A stretch of DNA of 45,038 nt, from assembly GCA_964589285.1 (NCBI GenBank), contig CAZPSP010000002.1:1-45038 (forward strand). Direction: 5' to 3'. The translations under genes were made by a program, and so were the position numbers. The notes beneath the pieces are model-generated. The model did no database searches. It saw nothing but the letters and a program-made list of their open reading frames with translations, and was not told the origin of the DNA. Below are positions 25,373-34,593 of the stretch, piece by piece. This stretch comes from an uncultured Dehalococcoidaceae bacterium (lineage in GTDB: Bacteria > Chloroflexota > Dehalococcoidia > Dehalococcoidales > RBG-16-60-22). Position 1 is the first letter of the stretch. Every line of letters begins with the position of its first letter.

Positions 25373-26917
25373 TTACGATGCCGGTTCGTCAGTTTCAGAG
25401 TCCGCTTGCCGGACCAGAGAGTAAGATACTATGGCTCCGAAAAAGGCGAGCATAGCGCAGATGGTCATGGTCCAGCGATACCCCAAAGCAAACGATTCAT
25501 CGATAGCCTGACGCGCCGCCTGGCGTTCAGTTCCGGAAAAAGTATCTGGAATGGAAATGCCCCCGAGTTTTTCAGACTGGCCGATGATCTCCTGCTGCTG
25601 GGGAGGAGTAATTCCGGATGTGGAAAGATCGCTCGTTAACCGGCCGGAAAAGACGGTGAGGATGATTACGCCCAGGACGGCGATGGCCAGAAGCCCGGCG
25701 ACCCTGGACATCACGTTGTTAATACCGGAAGCCGATCCGGAAAATCGTTTGTTGACGGAAAGCGCGCTTTTGGTCAGCGATGGGATAACGGCCGCCATCC
25801 CGATGCCGAACAAGGCCAGCCCGGGGAAAAATACAGTGAAGTACCCGGAACCTGTTCCGGCAGTGGACAGGACCGCAATCCCCGCAGCAACGATGAGAGG
25901 CCCGGCGATCATTTGCAGCCTGGGACCAATCCTGTCCGCCAGCACGCCGGACGGTCCGGTGAGGACGGCGATGAACAGGATGGGGGGCAGCATGGCAAGG
26001 CCGGCCCGCGACGGTGAATAACCAAGCACCTGCTGAAGGAACAGAACCGTGTAGAACATGACGCCGTTCAGACCGAAATAGAGAAACAGCGTGACGACGT
26101 TGGCTGCAAAGACCAGTTTTTTACGTAGTATCGAGAGATTCACCAGCGGGTGCCGCCGGTGGTTTTCATAGTACACGAACGCTGTAATAGCAGCGACCCC
26201 GATGACCAGGCTGACAATCACGATTATCGAACTCCAACCGCGGTCCGGGCCAGAAATCAGGCCGTAGGCCAGCCCGAACAGACCGATCAGAATTATGAGG
26301 CCTCCCGGCCAGTCGAGAGGATATTTCTCACCCGGCCGTATACCGGGCACGAACGCCACGGACAAACCCAGAGCGACGAGTCCCACCGGGACCATCATGA
26401 AGAAGACCCAGTGCCAGGAAAGCGTATCTACCAGCCACCCCGCCGCCAGGGGACCAAACGCGGCCAGTGCGCCGGATATGCCAGCCCACAGACCGATCGC
26501 CCGACCGCGTTCGGACTCGATGAAGCAGTCATTTATGATCGCCAGGCTCTGCGGGATCATCATCGCCGCGCCGATCCCCTGGATACCCTGCAGGGCGATG
26601 AGCATGCCAATAGACGTAGAAAAACCGGACGCCAGCGCTGCCAGAGTGAACACGGCCAGACCGCCGACGTAAATACGTTTGCGGCCGTACAGGTCTCCCA
26701 GTCCTCCGCCGATCAGTATGAGCGCGCTCAACGCCAGCAGATTGGCATTAACGATCCACTGTATACCGCTGAGCGCCGAACCAAATTCATCCTGGATACG
26801 CGGCAACGCTACCGGCACGGCGCTTCCCGCCAGGAAACCGGCACCGCTTGCCAGGATGGTTGAAAGCAGAATAAGCCGCCCGGAGGAGTTTTTAAGGGAG
26901 CAAGACTGATCGGCCAA
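25373..26917 (-). CDS. MFS transporter, DHA2 (EmrB/QacA-like, about 14 TMS)
   Basis: Hydrophobic throughout, with LGDLYGRKRIY and LQGIQGIGAAMMIPQSLAII motifs. Start proposed at TTG 26917, 5 nt after GAGGAGG; the track start at 26977 has no SD. Confidence 0.8.
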   Translation of the reverse strand: MADQSCSLKNSSGRLILLSTILASGAGFLAGSAVPVALPRIQDEFGSALSGIQWIVNANLLALSALILIGGGLGDLYGRKRIYVGGLAVFTLAALASGFSTSIGMLIALQGIQGIGAAMMIPQSLAIINDCFIESERGRAIGLWAGISGALAAFGPLAAGWLVDTLSWHWVFFMMVPVGLVALGLSVAFVPGIRPGEKYPLDWPGGLIILIGLFGLAYGLISGPDRGWSSIIVIVSLVIGVAAITAFVYYENHRRHPLVNLSILRKKLVFAANVVTLFLYFGLNGVMFYTVLFLQQVLGYSPSRAGLAMLPPILFIAVLTGPSGVLADRIGPRLQMIAGPLIVAAGIAVLSTAGTGSGYFTVFFPGLALFGIGMAAVIPSLTKSALSVNKRFSGSASGINNVMSRVAGLLAIAVLGVIILTVFSGRLTSDLSTSGITPPQQQEIIGQSEKLGGISIPDTFSGTERQAARQAIDESFALGYRWTMTICAMLAFFGAIVSYSLVRQADSETDEPAS

Positions 26918-27064
26918 CCGGACCTCCTCGGGACGCTTCCTTTGATAACTGATATCTACCGGGGCGGGTAAGGTCAATATGGGCCCGGCCTTACTTTTTA
27001 TGTATTGATTCCGGTGTCTCCCAGAAAGCCTGCCCCACCGGTCCGGTTGTGTGAGAATAAGCGG

Positions 27065-27460
27065 TTAGACGGTGGTTACTTTCTGTTTTTCCGGGGCTTT
27101 TTGCATATTGCGTAGTATCACCCAGGCCATTTCACTGTAGACATCCACTGGACTGAATTCTATAAATTCCGTACCGCTTTCAACAAAAACGGTATGGCCG
27201 GGAGGCAGGTAATAAGCATTACCTTCGGCTATCTTTTCCTGGGTGCCGTTATGGTAGGTTACCAGAATCTGCCCTTTGAGAACATATCCCCAGTGCGGAC
27301 TCTGGCAAAGATTATCGGGCAGGCCTTGAAGCATCGGCGTATAGTCGAACGGTCTCTGGTAGGTTTCGTAAGAAACGTGGATATCTCCCCAATCTGCTTC
27401 GTGAAAAGTGATCCCTTCCGCTACCGTGTTGCCCGGTAAATTTTTGATCGATCCCTGCAT
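27065..27460 (-). CDS. cupin-domain protein
   Basis: 131 aa, AAGGAG SD. PHWGYVLKGQILVTYHNGTQEKIAEGNAYYLPPGHTVFVE is a cupin_2-like pattern. Confidence 0.7.
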   Translation of the reverse strand: MQGSIKNLPGNTVAEGITFHEADWGDIHVSYETYQRPFDYTPMLQGLPDNLCQSPHWGYVLKGQILVTYHNGTQEKIAEGNAYYLPPGHTVFVESGTEFIEFSPVDVYSEMAWVILRNMQKAPEKQKVTTV

Positions 27461-27748
27461 TGTTATCTCCTTACGGCAGGAGTCTTTCTCAGCATAAAAC
27501 TCATTCTGTAAAGAAGTAATATAATCCTCATCGAAGTTATAACATAACTATGACATTTTTACTCGCAGGCGGCGAAAGCCCGCTTGAAACCCTTTTTTTC
27601 CGTTGGTAATAATTTAGGATTTTGTAATATTTCTGCCCAAAATTATATAACTATTCCATATTCCTTTCTCTATGATTAATTGAACACAGCAAGACTCTTG
27701 GTATGCCGGGCGAGATACCTGTGTATTGCATAAAAGTGAGGTGTCGAA

Positions 27749-27997
27749 ATGGCTGAAAATAATAGCGGGTCAGGGTTCGGAACCGGTCTCATGGTAGGAC
27801 TACTGGCGGGAGCGGCGGTCGCCCTGCTTTATGCACCTCAGTCCGGCCGTGAAACTCGAGCAATGCTGAAACAAAGGGCGGAAGAGACCAGAAATAAAGC
27901 AGAAGAGATAATTGAAGAAGCTCGCGAAAGAGCCAGGAAAATCGTCCAGGACGCCAAGAATGAAGCCCAGGAAATGAAGAGCGAGGTCAGTTCCTGA
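27749..27997 (+). CDS. YtxH-domain protein
   Basis: GFGTGLMVGLLAGAAVALLYAPQSGRETRAMLKQRAEE followed by a charged helix. Confidence 0.75.
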   Translation: MAENNSGSGFGTGLMVGLLAGAAVALLYAPQSGRETRAMLKQRAEETRNKAEEIIEEARERARKIVQDAKNEAQEMKSEVSS

Positions 27998-28043
27998 CTC
28001 TATGTACGAAAGATTACGGACGTGGAGGAAGGAGCCTCAGGGG

Positions 28044-28268
28044 ATGAACAGTCAGATGGCCCGTGGACTGGTAGCAGGGTTTTTAATCGGGGCGGCCATC
28101 GGGATAACGGTAGGGATGCTTTGGGCGCCGCATTCCGGACGAGTGACCCGCGGAATGATAGCCGAAAAAGCTTCGCAGGTAAGGCACGATGCGTCACGCA
28201 CTATTGATGATGCTCGTCATCGGGGACGACGAATGGTACGGGATGTAAGAGAACGCATCGGCAAGTAA
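28044..28268 (+). CDS. YtxH-domain protein (second copy)
   Basis: GFLIGAAIGITVGMLWAPHSGRVTRGMIAEKASQ. Start set at ATG 28044 after GGAGGAAGGAG. Confidence 0.7.
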   Translation: MNSQMARGLVAGFLIGAAIGITVGMLWAPHSGRVTRGMIAEKASQVRHDASRTIDDARHRGRRMVRDVRERIGK

Positions 28269-28343
28269 GTTAGTATGAGACAGTTTAAAAATCGCTGTTC
28301 GGGTAAGGAAACAAGAGAAACATTTTGACCGGATCAATCAGAC

Positions 28344-28402
28344 AAGCAGGTGATGGATCGGCGCCGGCGCTTCGTACCCGGTGTCGGGACCACCTGCTTT
28401 TT
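28344..28402 (+). terminator. possible branched terminator after the YtxH pair
   Basis: AAGCAGGTG...CACCTGCTT, a 9-bp closing stem around a structured insert (CCCG-gtgt-CGGG), followed by TTTTT. Confidence 0.4.
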
Positions 28403-28487
28403 CATGAAAAGACATGCGCTTTCACAATAATCACGAACGTTACAACCGATCTTCCCAAGGCAGAAACCGGGAGAAAGGCGCAGTGAA

Positions 28488-29660
28488 GTGAATTTAAGAA
28501 AGGCCGGCCCGTTCCGGCTGAGGGAAAATATTGTTCCCGGTATGACCCCAGAAAATACTCCTTACCCTCATAATAAGCCCGGGGAGGCCAACATTTCTTT
28601 GAACTCGCGTCTAGATTTTTCTCAAAGTCCATTTTCACCCGAAGCCAAGGCCGTCGAGAACACATGGAGATGGGTGGTAGACAATATCCAGGACATGGTA
28701 TATATCCTGGACCGCAAAGGACGTTTCATCTTGTGCAATAGGGCGGTAAGTGACGTGCTGGGACTATCGGAGCATGATATTATAGGAAAAAACATACGGG
28801 AACTGGGTTTCCCCCGTGATACCGTCAAGCAATGGAACAATCTAATACGCAGAACCCTGGAGGGAGAGAAGCTGACATCCGAGATCGGCCTTCCGATGCC
28901 GGAGGGCGGGCTCCGCATGTATTCAGTTACACTTCACCCGATACGGAATGATGACGGACAGATAGTAGGCTGCAACGGCGTAGGTCATGATATTACCGAG
29001 ATGCGGCAAACAAGGGAGGCCTTGCGCCAGGTATCGTTGCGTATTCTGGAGACGCGGGAAAAAGAACGACGGACCATCGGAGAAGTCCTCCATGATGAAC
29101 TGGGCGCCAGCCTCACCATGCTTAATCTTTCTCTCCATCATCTAAAAAAAACGATAAGCCCGGAGGCCGAGCCCGCGGTCAAGGAATTCGAGGACGCTGT
29201 GCGAGATCTCATCGAACAAGTTCGCACCCTTTCTCACTCGCTGCGTCCGAGCGTCCTCGGCCAGGTGCCTTTGCCGGAAGCCCTTCAACTCCACTTCCAG
29301 AGGTTTGAGGCAAGTACCGGGATGGCGGTCATGTTCAACTGTGAAGGGATAGAGAGCAATCTCCCTTCTGAAATCGAGATAGTAATATACCGAATAGTAC
29401 AAGAAGCCCTCACCAACGCCGCCAAATATTCTGGCGCTGAAACTGTGAGAGTGGTAATATGTAATGAAAGCAATGCTTATGCCGTCTGCATCGAAGACAA
29501 CGGTAAAGGGTTCGACCCCCGAAAGATGGATTCAGAAGGAAGCGGAATTATCGGCATGCAGGATTTGGCTGCCTTGATAGGCGGAGAACTATCCGTGGAT
29601 TCTTCTCCCGGATACGGTACGAGGATAACCTGCCGGATACCTCTCCCGGAACTATCCTGA
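28488..29660 (+). CDS. cytoplasmic sensor histidine kinase (PAS, HisKA_3, HATPase_c)
   Basis: PAS-like MVYILDRKGRFILCNRAVSDVLG. H-box EVLHDELGASLTML, N-box EALTNAAKYSGA, DNGKGF and GIIGMQDLAALIGGEL. No TM segment. GTG start uncertain. Confidence 0.85.
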   Translation: MNLRKAGPFRLRENIVPGMTPENTPYPHNKPGEANISLNSRLDFSQSPFSPEAKAVENTWRWVVDNIQDMVYILDRKGRFILCNRAVSDVLGLSEHDIIGKNIRELGFPRDTVKQWNNLIRRTLEGEKLTSEIGLPMPEGGLRMYSVTLHPIRNDDGQIVGCNGVGHDITEMRQTREALRQVSLRILETREKERRTIGEVLHDELGASLTMLNLSLHHLKKTISPEAEPAVKEFEDAVRDLIEQVRTLSHSLRPSVLGQVPLPEALQLHFQRFEASTGMAVMFNCEGIESNLPSEIEIVIYRIVQEALTNAAKYSGAETVRVVICNESNAYAVCIEDNGKGFDPRKMDSEGSGIIGMQDLAALIGGELSVDSSPGYGTRITCRIPLPELS

Positions 29661-29681
29661 CATGACGGTACGTATATTACA

Positions 29682-30161
29682 TTGACAGACCACAACGGAG
29701 ACCTCAACAAGGAATATATCGACATCGTTCTTGCCGATGATCACAACATGATCCGTCAGGGTATCCGGAGATTACTGGAGGATGATGGAGGCTTCAACAT
29801 TATCGGCGAAGCATCCAACGGCATCGAAGCTGTAGAACTTGTCAGCAAGCTGCACCCGGAAGTTTTAATCACGGATTTCAAAATGCCCGGTATGGACGGT
29901 ATGCAAGTTACGCGGCAAGTCCGGGAGAACTCGCCTGAGACAAAAGTCATCGTCCTGACCATGTACGGCCTGGAGACATATGTTTATTCAGCCCTTTCCG
30001 CCGGGGCAAGCGGTTACGTCCTGAAAAGTTCCGGAGTCCAGGACCTGGATATCGCCATTCATGAGGTCATGAAGGGACATATCTTCCTCAGCCCGCCGAT
30101 CACCAAAGAAGCCATAGAAGCATACAGGATCAAGACCAACAAACCGCCTATCGCCTTGTAG
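29682..30161 (+). CDS. stand-alone NarL-type receiver domain (no HTH output)
   Basis: IVLADDHNMIRQG, EVLITDFKMPGMDG, VLTMY and GYVLKS. It ends in the linker (PPITKEAIEAYRIKTNKPPIAL*). The TTG start at 29682 has no SD, so the start is uncertain. Confidence 0.7.
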   Translation: MTDHNGDLNKEYIDIVLADDHNMIRQGIRRLLEDDGGFNIIGEASNGIEAVELVSKLHPEVLITDFKMPGMDGMQVTRQVRENSPETKVIVLTMYGLETYVYSALSAGASGYVLKSSGVQDLDIAIHEVMKGHIFLSPPITKEAIEAYRIKTNKPPIAL

Positions 30162-30383
30162 GTATATTCATAGTTCTATCACCTGATTAACACTGATAGC
30201 AATTTTTCTATTGCGTAATTCTTTTCTCAGTTTTCGCCATATCCGGATTACGTATCTCTTACTTTTTCTATTTCCAGTGTGAATTTTTTGGAATAATACC
30301 TTTTCACGGCAAAATGTTGATGTATAATATGGGCAGTACATATCTTTTTCACTGAGTGTTTAGCTACTGGAACGAGATGGACA

Positions 30384-31580
30384 ATGCCTGACGAAAATCC
30401 AAACAGACCCATGCATGAAGCGGCCAACGACGATACCGGGGACGTCCGTACACCGCCGGAGGAGCGACTCCAGAACCTTCAGACACGGATAATCGAACTG
30501 GAAATCCAGAACACGGAACTGAGGGACCGGCAGGCTAAACTCGAAACAGCCTTCAACCTGACACGCCGGCTTATCAAAGACATGCCTGTTCCGTTTTTCC
30601 AGATCAACCGGGATAACGTTGCGGAAGAGGTCAATGAAGCCGCCTGTACTTTGATCGGTGCTCCCCGCGAAGAGTTCGTGAAAGAAAAGTTCACCTCATT
30701 CATCGCTCCGGAAGATACTGATCGTTATTATCTTCACCGGCGTGACGTTCTCCGTCATACCAGTTTCCGCACGATTGATATCCGGCTAATCAACCGTTCC
30801 AGTCAAGAAACGATACCGGTAACTTTATCCGGTCTTAATGCCGGTAATGGGCGTTTGCATATAATCGCCATGCCCATGGACCGTGACGTAAATTTCCGCA
30901 ATGCCGGTCTGCGAAAGCACGTGACAGAGAGCAAAAGGTCAGAAGAAAGGATCCGCAGTCTCTCAAAGCGTCTGCTGGAAGCCCAGGAGAAAGAGGCGCA
31001 GCGTATCGGGCATGACCTTCATGACATCGTGGGCAGTTCACTCACAGTACTGAAGCTGGCAATCCATGAAGCCCGTAAAAAATTGCCGGAAGAACAAAAA
31101 GGGATACTCGATCAAATCGACGAACTGACTATCAGCCTGGCCCAGGACGTCCGTTCTCTATCGCACTCGCTGCGGAGCGCCGAGGTAGAAAAAATAGGGC
31201 TGGAGGAAGCCCTGCTGGCATATATTGACAACCTTAGAAACCAGATCGGCATCGAGGTAGGCTTGCAGTACGATGAACTACCCGAGCAGATTCCCAATAC
31301 CACACGGATAACCGCTTTCCGCATTATCCAGGAAGCATTGAACAACGTGGTCAAGCATGCCGGCGCCCAACAGGCAACCGTCACGCTGAGACGTTCCTCG
31401 GAGAACCTGGTAGTGAGTGTGGAAGATACCGGAAGAGGGTTCGATACTACTCAACCACCACCGGATGCGGGCGGTCTCTCAGGCATGAGAGATCGGGCTG
31501 TTCTGGCTGGAGGTACCCTTGAGATAGAATCAGATCCGGGTAAAGGCACGCGCGTCAGCGCAATCCTCCCTCTCCATTAG
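30384..31580 (+). CDS. cytoplasmic sensor histidine kinase (coiled coil, PAS-like, HisKA_3, HATPase_c)
   Basis: RIGHDLHDIVGSSLTVL, EALNNVVKHAGA, DTGRGFD and GLSGMRDRAVLAGGTLEIESDPGKGTRV. No TM segment. Confidence 0.85.
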   Translation: MPDENPNRPMHEAANDDTGDVRTPPEERLQNLQTRIIELEIQNTELRDRQAKLETAFNLTRRLIKDMPVPFFQINRDNVAEEVNEAACTLIGAPREEFVKEKFTSFIAPEDTDRYYLHRRDVLRHTSFRTIDIRLINRSSQETIPVTLSGLNAGNGRLHIIAMPMDRDVNFRNAGLRKHVTESKRSEERIRSLSKRLLEAQEKEAQRIGHDLHDIVGSSLTVLKLAIHEARKKLPEEQKGILDQIDELTISLAQDVRSLSHSLRSAEVEKIGLEEALLAYIDNLRNQIGIEVGLQYDELPEQIPNTTRITAFRIIQEALNNVVKHAGAQQATVTLRRSSENLVVSVEDTGRGFDTTQPPPDAGGLSGMRDRAVLAGGTLEIESDPGKGTRVSAILPLH

Positions 31581-31604
31581 CAGTGATAGTTCGTGCCTGG
31601 TCTA

Positions 31605-31633
31605 TTGACAAGGTAGCTGGATGTACGTATCAT
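31605..31633 (+). promoter_or_regulatory. near-consensus sigma-70 promoter for the OmpR-type regulator
   Basis: TTGACA (31605-31610), a 17-nt spacer and TATCAT (31628-31633), 46 nt upstream of TTG 31680. Confidence 0.5.
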
Positions 31634-31679
31634 TTTATTTGATTTTGCAAGTATTTGAACCGGTTGCCAGGATGTATTC

Positions 31680-32381
31680 TTGAAAAAGCTCAGGATATTA
31701 GTAGTCGATGATGATAAGCGGATCCTGGGGTTTGTGAAAAGGCATCTCGAATCCCTGAATTATGCCGTTCAGACGTCATTTAACGGGACCGATGCAATCG
31801 AGAAAGTCCACTCACAGCCCATTGACCTCATCGTACTCGACGTCGTCATGCCGGTCAAGGACGGATTCGAGACACTCAAGGAACTGCGAACATTTTCTTC
31901 CGTACCTGTCATCATACTGAGCGCCAAAGAGGACGATAACGACCGTGTCCACGGCTTGCGCCTGGGCGCTGATGATTATCTGCTAAAACCGTTCAGCCCT
32001 GATGAACTGGTAGCCCGGATAGAAGCCGTTATGCGGCGCATGGCGCCGCCGGAACGTCGTAAAACGGCCCAACCCCTGAACTACCGGGACATCTCCATTG
32101 ATTTCACACGCCAGCTTGTCATCGTCAAGGACTCCGAAGTCTACCTGACCCGTATGGAATGGATGATCCTCAGCGAGCTTGCTCATAACATCGGGCGTAT
32201 CATGACCTATGAAGACCTCCTCACACGCATCTGGGGACCGGAATACCGGGCTGACGTCCAGCTTCTGCGGACCTGGGTATCGAGGCTGCGCCGCAAGATC
32301 GAACTGGATACGGATTCTCCCCGGCTCATCCGCACTATTGCCAAGACCGGATATATCATCGATATCCCTGTGTCAGACTGA
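31680..32381 (+). CDS. OmpR/PhoB-family response regulator (receiver plus winged helix)
   Basis: TTG start 8 nt after AGGA. RILVVDDDKRIL, DLIVLDVVMPVKDG, ILSAK and DDYLLKPF. C-terminal LTRMEWMILSELAHNIGRIMTYEDLLTRIWG...VSRLRRKIE. Confidence 0.9.
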   Translation: MKKLRILVVDDDKRILGFVKRHLESLNYAVQTSFNGTDAIEKVHSQPIDLIVLDVVMPVKDGFETLKELRTFSSVPVIILSAKEDDNDRVHGLRLGADDYLLKPFSPDELVARIEAVMRRMAPPERRKTAQPLNYRDISIDFTRQLVIVKDSEVYLTRMEWMILSELAHNIGRIMTYEDLLTRIWGPEYRADVQLLRTWVSRLRRKIELDTDSPRLIRTIAKTGYIIDIPVSD

Positions 32382-32554
32382 CCAGGCTCTGCCGGGTCCC
32401 GGCCAAAAGCAAACACCATCCTGCTTCTTTTTGTTATTACCTTACTTCCGCAGAGATGATACGTTTTTTCAACGATATACGTGGGCATTTTATAACTATT
32501 CGACAAACAACCCCCTAGAATAACTTTATCTAAAACAGCAAGGGGGGCTTCAAA

Positions 32555-32809
32555 ATGCCGACGAACACGGCAAGCGTACAATTTCAAGTCAGCCCATCTG
32601 TAAAGAAGAAAAGCAGGCCTGCAATCAAGGCCGATGAAGTTATTACCTTTTGCCCTGGCTGTAAAGCCTTCCAAACACTCTGGCTCAATCATGACAGGCT
32701 GGTGGTCACGCGGAAATTCACTCAACAAATGGACCAGATATATCATGACTGCGGGACAACCAAGCCATGCCGACTGTACAGGGCTACTCACGGCGGCGTG
32801 AAAGCATAG
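32555..32809 (+). CDS. hypothetical small protein with a CxxC pair
   Basis: 84 aa, AAGGGGGG SD. CPGC...HDCGTTKPC. No family recognised. Confidence 0.45.
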   Translation: MPTNTASVQFQVSPSVKKKSRPAIKADEVITFCPGCKAFQTLWLNHDRLVVTRKFTQQMDQIYHDCGTTKPCRLYRATHGGVKA

Positions 32810-32854
32810 GAGAAAGGGATCTCACCGGTTACCAGGTTCTCCCGCGGGTGGGGA

Positions 32855-33358
32855 GTGATGGGCGGTCGTTTTTATATCTTGTTCCAGTGCCGGCCGGATA
32901 TCGTATGGCCGATGCTCCGGATGTTCAGAGACAACACGGAAATGGCCATAGAGCATACAGATATCGGAGATGATGGTATCGTTACCATCATGGGCTGCTA
33001 TTCTGACCCGGCCGTGGATATCATCCGCAGCATCCTGAACAGGTACCGTCCCGGTATCAGGTTTTTCAAAATCGACCGTGCAATTCCCGGACCAGAGTAT
33101 GGAAATGAAGAACCGGGGAATGACCTGCCGTTCCGCAATGCCTCGGATTTCTCAGGAATCAAGAAAATGTTGCTCCAACTAGCGGCAGGCAGTAGTATTA
33201 TTTCTCTTTCCAGCCTGGCCCGGAAAGCCGGAACCAGCCGGTCTGTTATCTACGCTTGTATCAGAGCGATTGAACGCCAAGGACTAATCCGGATTGACAA
33301 AAACAGGGTCGTTCTTTGTTCAGAGTACGCGGTAAAGGCTGAGAGAGATTATGTATAA
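32855..33358 (+). CDS. hypothetical protein with a C-terminal winged-helix-like segment
   Basis: SLSSLARKAGTSRSVIYACIRAIERQGLIRIDKNRVVL resembles a MarR/wHTH recognition unit. The N-terminal ~90 aa show an alternating beta-alpha pattern. Start (GTG 32855 or ATG 32858) uncertain. Confidence 0.45.
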   Translation: MMGGRFYILFQCRPDIVWPMLRMFRDNTEMAIEHTDIGDDGIVTIMGCYSDPAVDIIRSILNRYRPGIRFFKIDRAIPGPEYGNEEPGNDLPFRNASDFSGIKKMLLQLAAGSSIISLSSLARKAGTSRSVIYACIRAIERQGLIRIDKNRVVLCSEYAVKAERDYV

Positions 33359-33467
33359 AGACGTTCCGGCTACCTTATGAGAAAAATCGGGGCAGGGTTC
33401 TGGTGTCGAAGCACCCTGCCCTGTAACAGGCATTTTGAAATAGAAGGGAAGAACGTTACATGCCCGG

Positions 33468-33983
33468 TTACTTGCCGCCGGACTCATGCTTTTCACTGCC
33501 TGCCATTTTTCTGGCGCTTACCGGTACTTTCTTCGTCTTGGATTCCGCCGTTTTGGGAATAGATACTTCCAGAACGCCGTTTTCATAGTTGGCTTCCACT
33601 TTTTCAGAATCGATGTTGGAAGGCATCGGGATAGAACGATAGAAACTCCCGTAGGTCCTCTCACACCGGTAGTAGTCTTCTTCCTTGATTTCGCTTTCCG
33701 TTTTCTTTTCGCCTTTGAGTATCAGGTTTCCTTCCGAGACAGACACGTCGATATCTTCTTCTTTCATGCCTGGTAATTCCGCCTTGATTTTCAACATGTC
33801 CCCTTGCTCGTAGATATCGACGACGGGCATCCATTCCTCTTCCTCTGCCTGCGGGGTCCGCCGCCAGACCGGCAGCCAGGATCTCCCCAAAATATCCTCG
33901 AACCTTCTTTCCATGTCCTCCATCATTTCGTAAGGGCGCCAGTTCCTCATTGCGTAACGCGGGTTCCATCTTTGCATTGTCAT
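33468..33983 (-). CDS. Hsp20/alpha-crystallin small heat-shock protein
   Basis: PVVDIYEQGDMLKIKAELPGMKEEDIDVSV, RCERTYGSFYRSIPMP and ANYENGVLEVSIPK. Start moved to ATG 33983, 7 nt after GAGGAGG. Confidence 0.9.
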   Translation of the reverse strand: MTMQRWNPRYAMRNWRPYEMMEDMERRFEDILGRSWLPVWRRTPQAEEEEWMPVVDIYEQGDMLKIKAELPGMKEEDIDVSVSEGNLILKGEKKTESEIKEEDYYRCERTYGSFYRSIPMPSNIDSEKVEANYENGVLEVSIPKTAESKTKKVPVSARKMAGSEKHESGGK

Positions 33984-34593
33984 AACCAATCCTCCTCACA
34001 TCTTGATCGAATCCTGCAGAATACTACTCACAGCATAGCCTGTGGAGCATGGAAAAGTAATAAAATACAAAAAAAATTCATAACATTGCTATTTCATTAC
34101 TATTTTAATGCATGTTTAATACATGACTCGGTGGCGGAAGACGCCGGCAGGCACTCTTATTCCTTTGATTGCACTTTTTTCGGATCCCTCCCGCCATATC
34201 AGCCAGCCGCTGTAAAACAGTTAAATGTCATAGTTTTGCAATTATTCAAAGCTGGATTTTATGACTATTACACCGGGGGTTTCTTACAATGAGACTGCCG
34301 GTAAGTAACAGCCCGTGCCGGTTTTACCTGTATCTTCTTTCCTTAATAGCTTACGCTCACCGGAGCAATAATCACGTTTGGAAATGAAGGGAAATGAACA
34401 AAGTACCTACCATCGACGATGAACCTTCCTTCTGGTACCGGAAGGCCCGGCAAAGGCTGGGTACAGAAATCCAACTGCGGGCGCTCACCATAATTTCCGT
34501 CCGGACAATTGAAACAATGATTCGGGACATTCAGACCGATCGGATGCGCCCGATTGATCGTATAAGCACCAAGGAGGAGGGGGAAAAGTCATT

